Below, one piece after another: positions 1-9,718 of a stretch of 64,000 bases of DNA. The stretch lies in assembly GCA_050250895.1 (NCBI GenBank), contig JBFWNU010000008.1, forward strand, positions 305,397-369,396. Direction: 5' to 3'. Below the pieces are notes generated by a model. The model was not told where the DNA came from. It made no database searches and saw only the letters and a list, made by a program, of their open reading frames with translations. This DNA comes from Vulcanimicrobiota bacterium. Lineage in GTDB: Bacteria > Vulcanimicrobiota > Xenobia > Xenobiales > JADMJV01. The number at the start of each line of letters is the position of its first letter. Position 1 is the first letter of the stretch. The position numbers and the translations under genes are program-made.

Positions 1-1420
1 GCGAGAGTTCTCCGTGGAAGATGTTGCCCTCGGTCAGGCCGAAGTCGCGCTCGAGATCGAGGGGAGTGAGCACCTGGCGATCCACAATCGAGGATTTCAG
101 GTTGGGGATGTACTCGGCCAGCGTGTCGACCACGGCGTCGCCGAAAGCCTCGCGCTGGTCGTCCCAATGTCCGTCGGCTAGCTTATAAGGTGCGTACTGG
201 ACAAAACACGACACCACGTGTTGGCCGGGCGGCGATACATCGGGGTCGATGACCGAGGGCACCACCACGTTGATGAACGGCTTGCGCGAGAAGCGTCCGT
301 ATTTGGCGTCATCATAGGCTTGCTCGAGATAGTCGATGGAGGGAGCGATGGAGATGTCGCCCATCATGTGTTTGCCCATTCCGGGCAGACAGCTGAACTC
401 GGGCAGTTTGTCGACGGCCAGATTGACCTTACCCGACGATCCGCGATACTTGTAGGTGCCCAGCCCGTCTAGAAAGTCGGGCTCGAGGTGATCCTTACCG
501 ACCAGACGGTTGAACGTCATGTTGGGGTCCAGACTCGAGGCAACGACCTTGGCCCGCAGCTCTTCGCCGTTTTCCAGCACCACACCCTCGACCTGACCAT
601 TGTGGACCAGCATCTTCTTGACGCTGGCCTCGGTGCGGATTTCGCAGCCCAGGTGTTGAGCGGCCCGAGCGATGGCCATCGAGATGCCGCCGGTGCCGTC
701 TTTGGGCAGACCCCAGGCGCGATAGACTCCGTCGATCTCGCCCATGTAGTGGTGCAGCAAGACATAGGCGGTGCCCGGCGACGAGACCCCCAGGAAGGTG
801 CCGATGATGCCGCTCACCGACATGGCCGCGATCAGGTTCTCGTTCTCGAACCACTCTTTGAGATAGTCGACCGCGCTCATGGTGAAGAGCTTGATGACGT
901 CGACCATGACATCGGGCTCGAGTTCGCGAAAGCGTTTGCCCACCTGCATCAGCTTGAGGAGTTCGGCCGGATTCCAGGATTCTACCTGGGGGGGAACCAT
1001 CGACAAGAAGGGCCGCACAAAGCGGCAAATCTTCACCATCTGGCGCGAAAAACGAGGCATCATCTCGGCGTCGCGTTGCGAGAAGGTGCACAGGTGACGA
1101 TAGGTCTCGGCTGAATCGTCGGTGCGCAGGATGTAGCGACCATCGGGCAGCGGGCAGAACGTTGACGGTAGCGGCACGATCTCGAGACCGTGACGGGTCA
1201 GGTCGAGATGACGAATGATCTCGGGCCGCAGCAAGCTGACGATGTAGGAGCACACGGAGAAACGAAAACCGGGAAAGATCTCTTCGGTGACCGCGCACCC
1301 GCCGAGCACGTGGCGCCGTTCGAGCACCACGGTTTTCAGGCCGGCTTTGGCGAGATAGCCGCCCGTCACCAGGCCGTTGTGGCCTCCTCCGATGACGATG
1401 GCGTCGTAATGTTTGGCCAA
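1..1420 (-). CDS. Phytoene dehydrogenase-like NAD(P)/FAD-dependent oxidoreductase (3' end runs off the window)
   Basis: Manual translation from TTG at 1420 gives MAKHYDAIVIGGGHNGLVTGGYLAKAGLKTVVLERRHVLGG, a Rossmann GxGxxG motif typical of this family. It is absent from the ORF track because the stop lies outside the window. Confidence 0.9.
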   Translation of the reverse strand, partial: MAKHYDAIVIGGGHNGLVTGGYLAKAGLKTVVLERRHVLGGCAVTEEIFPGFRFSVCSYIVSLLRPEIIRHLDLTRHGLEIVPLPSTFCPLPDGRYILRTDDSAETYRHLCTFSQRDAEMMPRFSRQMVKICRFVRPFLSMVPPQVESWNPAELLKLMQVGKRFRELEPDVMVDVIKLFTMSAVDYLKEWFENENLIAAMSVSGIIGTFLGVSSPGTAYVLLHHYMGEIDGVYRAWGLPKDGTGGISMAIARAAQHLGCEIRTEASVKKMLVHNGQVEGVVLENGEELRAKVVASSLDPNMTFNRLVGKDHLEPDFLDGLGTYKYRGSSGKVNLAVDKLPEFSCLPGMGKHMMGDISIAPSIDYLEQAYDDAKYGRFSRKPFINVVVPSVIDPDVSPPGQHVVSCFVQYAPYKLADGHWDDQREAFGDAVVDTLAEYIPNLKSSIVDRQVLTPLDLERDFGLTEGNIFHGELS

Positions 1421-1496
1421 GGCGAACCCCCTGTCTGGCCGCGTTGCGGCCGGGAAAATACTGGCCCCGCGCCTTCTTCGCCGTCGACGGTTTTAC

Positions 1497-2585
1497 CTAC
1501 TCGAGCAGCATCACGATCTGGCGTAGCCCGCTGCGCGTCTTGCCGACGCTCAGCCCGTAGCGGGTGAAGCGGTATTGAGCCAGGAGCTCGGGCAGTTTAT
1601 CGCCCACCAGCATCGACTCGCCCTGGACGCTCGAGGCTGGAGCGGGAATGTCGATAATCAGCTGGGCCCGTCCGGCGTGGACGTGTTCAGACTGTCGCGA
1701 AACCGCCAGCCACCGGGCTTCGCTCTGCAGGCGGTGGTCGCGCGAGAGACCGCTTTGGGCTAAACCCAGAGTTTCGTCCAGGTCTTGCTCCCAGGCGCTG
1801 TCGACCTGGGCACCTTGAAAAAGCGGGCCAGCCGGGACAGCCGGAGCCACCGGGGCGGCTGCTGTCTGGTAAGGCACGCCGGGCACCTCGGCGGTGGCTG
1901 CCCTGATGCGGTCCTGGGGCAGGGGATGAGAACCCACCAGAGTGTTGAGAAAGCCTGGCGTTCCGCCCGATTGCTTGGAAAGTTTCACCAGGGCCGAAAC
2001 GGCATAGACCGGGTCATAGCCGGCGGCCGCCATCAGCCGGATGCCGTCGTGGTCGGCCTCACGCTCGTCAGCCTGGCTCCATTGACTGGACATGACGGCG
2101 TTGGCGAGTTTGGCCAGGTTGGCCGAGCCCTGGTCGATTTGACCTTTGTTGAGCACGCCGATGATGGCCAGCAGGCCGGTCTGGGTGTAAACGGCCTTCT
2201 CGAGCTGGTTGACCGAGTGGCGGCGGGCCACATGGGTCACCTCATGACCCAGTACGAAAGCCAGTTCTTCATCGGTCAGCGCGTTCATCAAGCCACGGGT
2301 CGTGTAGATGAAGCCCCCGGGGAAAGCCAGCGCGTTGAACTGGTCCATGTCGGCCACTTTGAAGGTGTACTGGATATCCTTGCGCGAGGCAGCCGCAGCC
2401 AGAGACTGGCCGATGCGATTGACCCGCTCTTGCATGGCCACGTCCTGCACCAGGCCGTACTGTTGCTCGAACTTATAGGCGGCTTCGCGCCCGATCTGGA
2501 CCTCTTGAGCGGTCGAGATCATGCCGGCCAGGGCGGGTAGGGCCAGCAGAGCCAGACAGAGCAATAGCCAACGGATCGGTCTCAT
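1497..2585 (-). CDS. M48-family zinc metallopeptidase, exported
   Basis: Signal peptide from M at 2585; NALAFPGG, HEVTH zinc motif, EREAD and SHP motifs. Confidence 0.9.
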   Translation of the reverse strand: MRPIRWLLLCLALLALPALAGMISTAQEVQIGREAAYKFEQQYGLVQDVAMQERVNRIGQSLAAAASRKDIQYTFKVADMDQFNALAFPGGFIYTTRGLMNALTDEELAFVLGHEVTHVARRHSVNQLEKAVYTQTGLLAIIGVLNKGQIDQGSANLAKLANAVMSSQWSQADEREADHDGIRLMAAAGYDPVYAVSALVKLSKQSGGTPGFLNTLVGSHPLPQDRIRAATAEVPGVPYQTAAAPVAPAVPAGPLFQGAQVDSAWEQDLDETLGLAQSGLSRDHRLQSEARWLAVSRQSEHVHAGRAQLIIDIPAPASSVQGESMLVGDKLPELLAQYRFTRYGLSVGKTRSGLRQIVMLLE

Positions 2586-2701
2586 CGAAAGCAGCCTTCT
2601 CATTCTTCTAAGCGAAACCTGCCGGGCGGGGCGGGGTTTCTCCCGGAACGCAACCAGGGGCCCGCGAGGAACCTCTCGCCCCCACGGCAAATTCGCTAGC
2701 G

Positions 2702-4012
2702 ATGGCGGCGGCGCTGGATTACACTTACTCGTATGTGGCGGGCTCTCGGCTCGAGAACGCTCGGCTGACCCTGGCGACCTGCTCGGGCGGCCAGCAACAT
2801 CCCTACTTCTTCGAGGGGCGGCTGCTCGAGCCGCGCACGGTGGCTGATCAGCTACTGGTGCTTACGAAAGTGGTGCGCACCCACTTCTTTTTGCGGCGGC
2901 CGGCCATTCTCGACCCGGTGCTCACGGCCGGGCAGGGGGTCTTGCGGGTCGAGGGCTTTAGCGGTTGTTGCGGCGTCTATGCCCGCGTCGACCTGCACGA
3001 GCGGGCCTTTGATGCCGAGCTGGTGGGGCGGGGAACCACCAACGTCGACTTCAACGAACCGATGCGCGCAGCCCTGGCCCGGGTCCGGCCCGAGGAAGAG
3101 GTTCGCCTGGCGGTGGGCGAGCACGAAGTGGCGCTGGCGCGGGGCGAACACAAGACCGTCGAGAAGAAGGTCAAGCTGCCGGTGCGTTGGCTCAAGAGCT
3201 TCTCGGAAGTGCAAGCCTACGGACCCGGCCTCGAGCCGCGCTTCGAGGTCAAACCCGCCGGGGCGCTGGCCTTTCTGCGCTCGTTGCCTAAGACACCGCC
3301 CAAGCGAGGGCAGTGGGTGGTGGCGACGGCCGACTCGCTGCGCTTGTCCCAGCGCGAGAAAGCAGGAGCGGTGAGCCTGTCGGGGCTCCACCGTTTGGCT
3401 GTGCTCGAGCCGCTGATCTCGGGCAGTCAGGGGTTGAAGGTCTGGTATGACGAGGCTTCGGGGGTCAGCGCCTGGGAGGTCGCCTGCACCACCGGGCGCT
3501 TCTTCTTGATGCTGTCTCCCGAACTGTATAGGGGCTTTTCGGGCGAGGGGCAGAACCTGGCCAGTCTGGCCGCCGGCCAGGGGGTCGAGCTAGTGAACCG
3601 AATGCGAGCCGAGCTGCGCTGGCAATCACGGCTCGACCCCGAGGCCATGGCCCTCAAGTTGGGCTGTAGGGTCGAGCAGGTGAAGAGCGCGCTGGTCGTC
3701 CTGGGTGCGCGGGGGGTGGCTGGTTATGACGTTGCTGAGAGGGCCTTTTTCCATCGCGAGTTGCCTTTTGATCTCGAGGCGGTGGAAGCCCTCGAGCCCC
3801 GGCTGAGAAGAGCCCGCAAGCTGGTCGCCGAAGGGGCCGTGGCTCGGCAGGGCGAGGCCGATTATTCGGTGGTCGGCAAGACGGCCACCCACTTCGTGCG
3901 GCTGAGAGCTGAAGGGGACCGCTGCACCTGTCCCTGGTTTTCGCGCCACCAGGGCCAACGGGGACCTTGCGCCCACATCCTGAGCGTGCAGCTCGGCGGC
4001 GATGACACCTGA
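2702..4012 (+). CDS. SWIM zinc finger domain protein
   Basis: C-terminal CTCPW...GPCAH (CxC-xn-CxH); N-terminal GFSGCCGVYARVD motif; overlaps the next gene. Confidence 0.85.
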   Translation: MAAALDYTYSYVAGSRLENARLTLATCSGGQQHPYFFEGRLLEPRTVADQLLVLTKVVRTHFFLRRPAILDPVLTAGQGVLRVEGFSGCCGVYARVDLHERAFDAELVGRGTTNVDFNEPMRAALARVRPEEEVRLAVGEHEVALARGEHKTVEKKVKLPVRWLKSFSEVQAYGPGLEPRFEVKPAGALAFLRSLPKTPPKRGQWVVATADSLRLSQREKAGAVSLSGLHRLAVLEPLISGSQGLKVWYDEASGVSAWEVACTTGRFFLMLSPELYRGFSGEGQNLASLAAGQGVELVNRMRAELRWQSRLDPEAMALKLGCRVEQVKSALVVLGARGVAGYDVAERAFFHRELPFDLEAVEALEPRLRRARKLVAEGAVARQGEADYSVVGKTATHFVRLRAEGDRCTCPWFSRHQGQRGPCAHILSVQLGGDDT

Positions 4013-6695
4013 AGAGCTGACCCGGCTGGTCGAGTCGGGGGCTTCTTCCCAGCTTGTCGAGGCGCTGGCTTGCCTGTCTGAAAAGCAGCGAAAAGAGCTA
4101 GACGAGACGGCCCATCAGCTCTATCAGCACCCCCCGGCCGACCGCGACCAGGCCCGAAAACGTTACGATGCCGTCCGGTTGGCCGTGTTGGGGCTGTGCA
4201 GATCAGCCCGGGTGAAGTCGCTCTTTCTGTTCGGACCGGCCGGGTTTACCACGCAGGTAGTCGAGGTGCTCAGCGCTCGGCGCCCCTCGTGGGCCGGCAA
4301 ATGGTTGGCGCATCGGCTCGAGAGAGACCAGTCCGAGCTGAGCTATCAGGCCATTGACGAACTGGTGGCGCGAGGGGTCGTCCAGCGACCGTCCGGTGAG
4401 GGCTATTACCGACTGCTGGCCAACTACCAGCAGCGCGAACTCGCGCTGTCGGACTGGTTGCGCCAGAACCGGCGGGTGACCGAGCATGAGCTGTGGCAAC
4501 TCTTCTCCATCGAGAGCACCGCCTTCAATAGCTATTTTGACGAAGAGAAGCCTCCCTGGCCGGGTTACGAGAGCTGGACCACTGCTCTGGTCAAGCTCAG
4601 TGACGAGGGCCTGCTCGAACGCGACCGGCTACTCGACCACGGCCTCGCTGCCCTGGGGCGCGATTTCAAGCAGAATCAACTGTCGGGCTTTCGCAAGTTC
4701 CTCGAGCGGCTCAAGCCCACCGACGATGAGCTGGCCGCCCGCCAGAGCGGTCTGCGAGAACTGCTGGCCAGCCCCACCAGTCACGTGGTGAATTTTGGCC
4801 TCACCTGTTTGGGTCGATTGGGGCGATACAAGCGGCTCGAGGTAGAGCCGTTGATGACGGCAGTCGAGCCGGCTTTGAGTCATTCGACCAAGGGCACGGC
4901 CATGAAGGCCCTGAAGTTGGTGGCCCGGGTCGGCGATCCCGCACCGTTGGCGGCGCGGGCGCTCGCCCACCCCTCGGTCGACGTGCAGAAGCTGGCCCTG
5001 GACCTGGTGGAAAGAAGCGGCCGAGCCGCAGAGCTGCTGGTCGGCAAGATCGAGTTTCTGGCGGCCAGCCTGGTTCCGCAGGCCCGGGAGCTGGCGGGTC
5101 AGACCCGGGCTAGAGCCGTGAGCGTAGAGTTGGGGCCACCCCCGTCCGAGGCTCGGGAGTGGCAGGCCCTGCCTGAACTAGAACGCCTGGAACCCATCGC
5201 CGATGTAGAAGAGCTGATCGACCGGGTGGCGGCCGCCATGGAATCGGTCGAAGACGGCGAAGAGGTCGAACTCCTGCTCGACGGGATTGGCCGGTTGGGG
5301 CCATCACGCCCGCCTGATTTCGAGCTGCGCACGGCCGCCCTGCGGGTCCGGCTCGAGAGCCAGCCCGCCAGCGAAGTCGTGCGTGGGCTGGCGGCCAGCT
5401 GGTCAGGACTGCCGTCGGCCTTACGCGACTTGCTGCTGACCTGGTTCACGGGCAAGCTCCACTACACTCCCCACAACAGCTATTACAAGCCGGCTCCGGC
5501 GGGTCGCTTTCTCGAGGCGAGAGTGCGAGCGATCAGTCAGCGTCTGGCTCGAGGCGTCGTGACTCCGAGCCTGGCCCTGCCTACCCATCGGGGTGGATGG
5601 ATCGAGCCAAGAAAGTTGATCGGCCGGGCGGTGGAACTCGGCCATGACTTCCCCCGAGAAGAGCTGATGGCAGCCTTCTTGCGGCTGGCCCCTGAGGGGC
5701 GTGACGATGCCCTCGAGGCAGCCGCAGGCTTAGCCAGCACCGTGGGCTTACTGACCCGTTTCGCTCTCGGCGGCGGCTATCCGCCCGGCCCCAGGGACCG
5801 CGAATTCGCGCCCCTCTGGCTGGCGGCCGCCCGGGCGCGTGAGCCTCACGGCGACCATGCCGAGACGCTGGCGGCCCTGGGGGTCAAAGCGCCTGGACCT
5901 GACGGATTTGAGGCCGCCCGGCCGAGCTGGTCGATCGGGCTCGAGAACAGCTTTCCACGCTTGCGGGTCGAGTTTCCCGAACCGCCCCGACAGGGCGTGT
6001 GGGGATCGCTGGTGGGTCGCTTGAGAACTCCGCTGGCGCCCGAGCAGATGCCCACCGCTGCGCTATTCGACTCGCAGGTCCGCGGTTGGGAGACGGTGGA
6101 CTATACCGGAGTCTGGCTGGTGCGCTGGCTGGGCCTGACCTTTCCCATCAAGCCCGACGGACTTTATCTCGAGGGGATCCGAGCCATGCTCTTTCGCGTC
6201 GATATGGATAGCTCGGGAATGGCTCCGAGTTTTCCCTTTATCGAGGCCCTGGCCCAGCCTGGGCGAGTCTGGTCGGAGCTCGCTCGGCTGGCTTTTTGGG
6301 TAGCGCTGGTGGGCAAGGATGCCGACTGCCGAGCGGTGGCGGTTGACCTGGGGCTGGAGGCCATCGAGTCGGGTCGCACTCACCCCGTGCCTCTGGCGGC
6401 CACCCTGGTTCAAGCCGATCAAGCGGGTTGGGTCAAGGCCAACCGCCTGGCCGCAGGCCTGGAAGAGATTGCCCGGGCGAGTGAGCTGGCAGCGGTGGTG
6501 GTGGCCGAGTGTCTCGACGCCTATCTGGCCCGGGTGGCCGGTCTGCCCCGGGCCCTGCACCATCTGCTGGAGTTGCGCCTGGATCTGTCCACCCGTCTGC
6601 AGCGACCGCCGAGCGATGAGGCCCGGCGTCGCCTGAGCCAGTTGGAGGGTTCGGGTAAGGCGGCTCGGCTGGCGGCTAGCCTCGCAGCAGTCTAA
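4002..6695 (+). CDS. DUF6493-like alpha-helical repeat protein
   Basis: 897-aa helical protein with LALPTHRGGWIEP motif; 11-nt overlap with the SWIM gene, a pairing I recall from other bacteria. Confidence 0.7.
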   Translation: MTPEELTRLVESGASSQLVEALACLSEKQRKELDETAHQLYQHPPADRDQARKRYDAVRLAVLGLCRSARVKSLFLFGPAGFTTQVVEVLSARRPSWAGKWLAHRLERDQSELSYQAIDELVARGVVQRPSGEGYYRLLANYQQRELALSDWLRQNRRVTEHELWQLFSIESTAFNSYFDEEKPPWPGYESWTTALVKLSDEGLLERDRLLDHGLAALGRDFKQNQLSGFRKFLERLKPTDDELAARQSGLRELLASPTSHVVNFGLTCLGRLGRYKRLEVEPLMTAVEPALSHSTKGTAMKALKLVARVGDPAPLAARALAHPSVDVQKLALDLVERSGRAAELLVGKIEFLAASLVPQARELAGQTRARAVSVELGPPPSEAREWQALPELERLEPIADVEELIDRVAAAMESVEDGEEVELLLDGIGRLGPSRPPDFELRTAALRVRLESQPASEVVRGLAASWSGLPSALRDLLLTWFTGKLHYTPHNSYYKPAPAGRFLEARVRAISQRLARGVVTPSLALPTHRGGWIEPRKLIGRAVELGHDFPREELMAAFLRLAPEGRDDALEAAAGLASTVGLLTRFALGGGYPPGPRDREFAPLWLAAARAREPHGDHAETLAALGVKAPGPDGFEAARPSWSIGLENSFPRLRVEFPEPPRQGVWGSLVGRLRTPLAPEQMPTAALFDSQVRGWETVDYTGVWLVRWLGLTFPIKPDGLYLEGIRAMLFRVDMDSSGMAPSFPFIEALAQPGRVWSELARLAFWVALVGKDADCRAVAVDLGLEAIESGRTHPVPLAATLVQADQAGWVKANRLAAGLEEIARASELAAVVVAECLDAYLARVAGLPRALHHLLELRLDLSTRLQRPPSDEARRRLSQLEGSGKAARLAASLAAV

Positions 6696-7545
6696 GATTA
6701 GACCACAGGGCGATGGATTGGCACAGGCGCCGCATCCAATCTGGATCCAACCCGTGGAAGTGAGCGGTCGAGTCGTCCCAATAGGCGATTTGATAACGAT
6801 GCCAGTTGGGTTGCTCTTCGACTGGAGCAAGGTCCCGGAGCAGGCTTGCGAGGCGGGGGTAGGCGTGGTTCCAGTCGGGGTGGTCCGACCAGGCCAGGAG
6901 ACCGCCCGGCCCCAGACTGGTCCGCGCCGCCCGCACGAAGGCCGCGCCCAGAGTGGCCTCTCGGGCGGGGTCGATGACCACCGCCCCGAAAGCGGCCTGG
7001 AACCGCCTGGGCAGGCGCCGCACGTCGGCTTGCTCGAGGTCGAGAGGCAAGCCCGAGCCGGCCAGCCAGTCGAGCACCCGCGGGTCGAGGTCGACCACCG
7101 CGATGGAAAACTGACCGAGCAGCGACAGCGCGACCGAGGTCGCGTCGTCGTCCCCCAGAAAGAGGACCGACGCTCCCGAACTAAGGTGGGCCGCCAGGCG
7201 CTGGGCTCGGCGCCAGGTCGAGTCGAAGTCGATACGGCCCTGAGCATAGCGCTCGGACTCGGCCGGAGCCTCTGGTAAAAGTTGCTCGAAAGCCTGGCTC
7301 CAGGCCGGCGGCGGGGTAGGGGGAGGATGGTGCAGCCGGTCATAGGTGTGGCCGGCCATGCGCAGGCCGTAGCGCAGGATCCAGCGCTGAAAACCGGGCT
7401 CGGTGTTGAGGCTGGCCGGCCGCCGATGGCACCCCTGACGGTGAAGAAGTTGCTCGAGCCGTTGCCAGAATTCGGCGGGCGTGTAGGGTTCGTCCGGTGA
7501 CTCGCCCAGGGGCTCGCCCACCAGACGACTGAGTGCTAACCGCAT
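6676..7545 (-). CDS. BpsA (bis-aminopropyl spermidine synthase/DUF43)-like SAM-fold protein
   Basis: VLFLGDDDATSVAL, VVDLDPRVL and VIDP motifs; start re-assigned to ATG 7545 (MRLALSRL), overlapping the JmjC stop. Confidence 0.7.
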   Translation of the reverse strand: MRLALSRLVGEPLGESPDEPYTPAEFWQRLEQLLHRQGCHRRPASLNTEPGFQRWILRYGLRMAGHTYDRLHHPPPTPPPAWSQAFEQLLPEAPAESERYAQGRIDFDSTWRRAQRLAAHLSSGASVLFLGDDDATSVALSLLGQFSIAVVDLDPRVLDWLAGSGLPLDLEQADVRRLPRRFQAAFGAVVIDPAREATLGAAFVRAARTSLGPGGLLAWSDHPDWNHAYPRLASLLRDLAPVEEQPNWHRYQIAYWDDSTAHFHGLDPDWMRRLCQSIALWSNLRLLRG

Positions 7546-8327
7546 TGCAGCGCCGAGGCGATGGCTGCGTGGTTGTCGGGGTAGCGCTGGCGGACGGCCG
7601 CCATCACGTGCTCGAAATTGGTGGCGTTGACGAAGTTCTCGGTGATGGCGATGCAGCTTCCCACGTTCTGGGTTTGATGCCACCACCGGCTGGGGGTAAA
7701 GAGCAACTCGCCGGGTAAGGTGGTGCCCACATAGGCCGTGGCCTCGGCCATGAGCGGATAGCGCTCGAGGTCGAGAGCGAAGGCGTCGGGCTTGCCGCCA
7801 TAGATTTTGGCACCGTCGTCGGGATGGTAGAATACCCATTTCTTGGCCCCGGTGATGACGACGTTCCAGGCGCTCGAGTTGAGCAGGTCGACATGCAACT
7901 CGCTGCCCGAGCCGGTGCCACCGATGTAGATCCAGCGCCAATCGACCCGCATGTCGCCACTCAGGCGGTCGGTCCAATTGTCGGCGAAATAGACCGGCAC
8001 GGTGTAGTCTTCGAGCAGCTCGGGGCAGGTGTCGGCGAAGGTCCAGTGCTTGAGATACCAGGGGCGACGCTCCACCGGTTTTTCGACCTGGTCGAGAAAG
8101 TCGCCCAGGGGAGCCTGAAACTGCTGGCGGGGGGCGCCGGTGCGATAAAGGGTGACCGGAACCTGGCTAAACTTCTTGCGAAAATAGGCTATGGACCATT
8201 TGGTCAGAGCCGGCCAGCGCTCGATCTCGTCAACCTGTTCGAGAATCACCGGAAGGCCGGGTCGGGCGTATTCTTCCAGAAACTGCTGCGGACTCAGCTG
8301 GCGGCGACGCTCGATCGACTTCTCCAT
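7536..8327 (-). CDS. JmjC/cupin-like 2-oxoglutarate Fe(II) oxygenase (JMJD6/JMJD4-like)
   Basis: WIYIGGTGSGSELHVD..SAWN..GAKKW and PSRWWHQT give the HxD...H iron triad. Confidence 0.9.
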   Translation of the reverse strand: MEKSIERRRQLSPQQFLEEYARPGLPVILEQVDEIERWPALTKWSIAYFRKKFSQVPVTLYRTGAPRQQFQAPLGDFLDQVEKPVERRPWYLKHWTFADTCPELLEDYTVPVYFADNWTDRLSGDMRVDWRWIYIGGTGSGSELHVDLLNSSAWNVVITGAKKWVFYHPDDGAKIYGGKPDAFALDLERYPLMAEATAYVGTTLPGELLFTPSRWWHQTQNVGSCIAITENFVNATNFEHVMAAVRQRYPDNHAAIASALQCG

Positions 8328-8364
8328 CGCTCCGACTTGCAGGCCCGCAGGCGTAGCTCCTGCA

Positions 8365-8373
8365 TGGTATAAT
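8365..8373 (+). promoter_or_regulatory. Extended -10 promoter (TGgTATAAT), probable leaderless transcript
   Basis: Consensus TG-N-TATAAT lies 6 nt before ATG 8380, with no room for an SD. Confidence 0.65.
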
Positions 8374-8379
8374 TGCCAG

Positions 8380-8907
8380 ATGGACCGACGCTGCCCCGAC
8401 TGTCACCGCCTGGTTGTCGAGAAATCTCCGCGGTGCGAGTGCGGTCATCGTTTCGCGCGCAAGTTGCTGCGCCACCAGGTGACCGAGTTTCTGGGTCCCA
8501 ATGACCTCGGGGCCGCCTCGGGGGCGGTGTCTCGCTCTCGTTTTCTGTGGCGGGCAACCATTCTTTGCTTCGTGGTTCTTTCGGGGGTGGCGGTGCTGGC
8601 CTTCTCGAGAACCCTTGATCGGGTCCTCAACGGCGACTACTTGAGAGTCTACGTCTCGATCGGCCTGTTGTTGACCGGGGTGGTGCTGTTGGTGCTGGTC
8701 TTCGATGGCATCCGCGACGCGGCCGCCCGCAAGTTGATGGCCGACCCCAGCCTGGGCAAATGGGTATGCTGGGGACTCGGGTCTTTCTTTTTGCTAGGGG
8801 GAATATTTGGTTCCGCCCAGGGCGTGATGGTGGCGTTTTTGGGTGGCTTTCTGCTGGTGATCGGCGTGCTATTTCACGTGGCTAATCTGGGCGACGGGCA
8901 GAAGTAG
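8380..8907 (+). CDS. Zinc-ribbon plus 4-TM membrane protein
   Basis: MDRRCPDC...CECGH followed by four hydrophobic segments. Confidence 0.7.
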   Translation: MDRRCPDCHRLVVEKSPRCECGHRFARKLLRHQVTEFLGPNDLGAASGAVSRSRFLWRATILCFVVLSGVAVLAFSRTLDRVLNGDYLRVYVSIGLLLTGVVLLVLVFDGIRDAAARKLMADPSLGKWVCWGLGSFFLLGGIFGSAQGVMVAFLGGFLLVIGVLFHVANLGDGQK

Positions 8908-9193
8908 CCGCCAGACTCGACCCGCCGCCGCCCGCCATGACGGCGAAAATGGGCAGGGTGACGATCAGGGGAGTGAGGTGAAAAAGTACCAGCAGGCCGC
9001 CCCAGCCTAGCAGCATCAACAACAGCGCTTTGATGAGCCCACGCAGCCACCGAAGCAGCTTCTCGAGGGGGGCAACCCAGGCCAGCGACACCACGCGTTC
9101 GCAGTGCAGGCAGGTGGCCGCCGCGCTCGAGGTGATCTGGCCACACCATCCGCAAGTCCGCGGGTGTGACCAGTCTGATCGCCGTTCTTGCAT
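8882..9193 (-). CDS. Small zinc-ribbon membrane protein
   Basis: CGWC..CLHC followed by hydrophobic helices. Confidence 0.5.
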   Translation of the reverse strand: MQERRSDWSHPRTCGWCGQITSSAAATCLHCERVVSLAWVAPLEKLLRWLRGLIKALLLMLLGWGGLLVLFHLTPLIVTLPIFAVMAGGGGSSLAATSARRPD

Positions 9194-9242
9194 GCGAACA
9201 TATTTTCCATCGGCGAGGGGGGAACCTTCATGGTCGCGTTCG

Positions 9243-9656
9243 TCAGTGCCGGTCGTGGCCGAAGAACATCTTCTGGAACTGGTCGCCTTTGCGAGCGATA
9301 ACCTCGGTGCATTTGGCTAGATGGGCGGCCGAAGCTTCGGCCTCGACGGTGCCGGTCAGGACCAGATGTCCATCGCTGATGGCGAAGGTGCCATAGAGAA
9401 GGCTCGAGTTCAAGACCATGAGCTTACGAAGTTGATCGCCGTCAAGGCCCCGAGCCTCACCGACGGTGGAGGTGATGCGGATGAAAGTCACGCCCTCGCT
9501 GTGGTCCGGGGCCAGGATGACCCCCTGGCTTCGCCCAGGTTCTACCGAGATTTCAAGGCTGGCCTCGACGTCGTCCTCGTCGAAAGTCTCGAAACTGGCG
9601 GTGGTGGCGAGGACCGAGGCGACCTCATTAACTCTAGCTTGGAAGTCCATGGACAT
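9243..9656 (-). CDS. YbjN/T3SS-chaperone-fold protein
   Basis: 137-aa acidic protein with the GRSQ.V, LN..L.YG.FAI and IA..GD...K.FFG.D pattern of this fold. Confidence 0.6.
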   Translation of the reverse strand: MSMDFQARVNEVASVLATTASFETFDEDDVEASLEISVEPGRSQGVILAPDHSEGVTFIRITSTVGEARGLDGDQLRKLMVLNSSLLYGTFAISDGHLVLTGTVEAEASAAHLAKCTEVIARKGDQFQKMFFGHDRH

Positions 9657-9718
9657 CCCCCGTCCTGGGTTGATGGAAATTCACTTCTCGCGCCCGCCAC
9701 GGCTTCCCTGTCAAGAAG

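Noticed and set aside
218-1567. Plus-strand and alternate-frame ORFs at the window start
   Set aside because: Shadows of the minus-strand FAD oxidoreductase.
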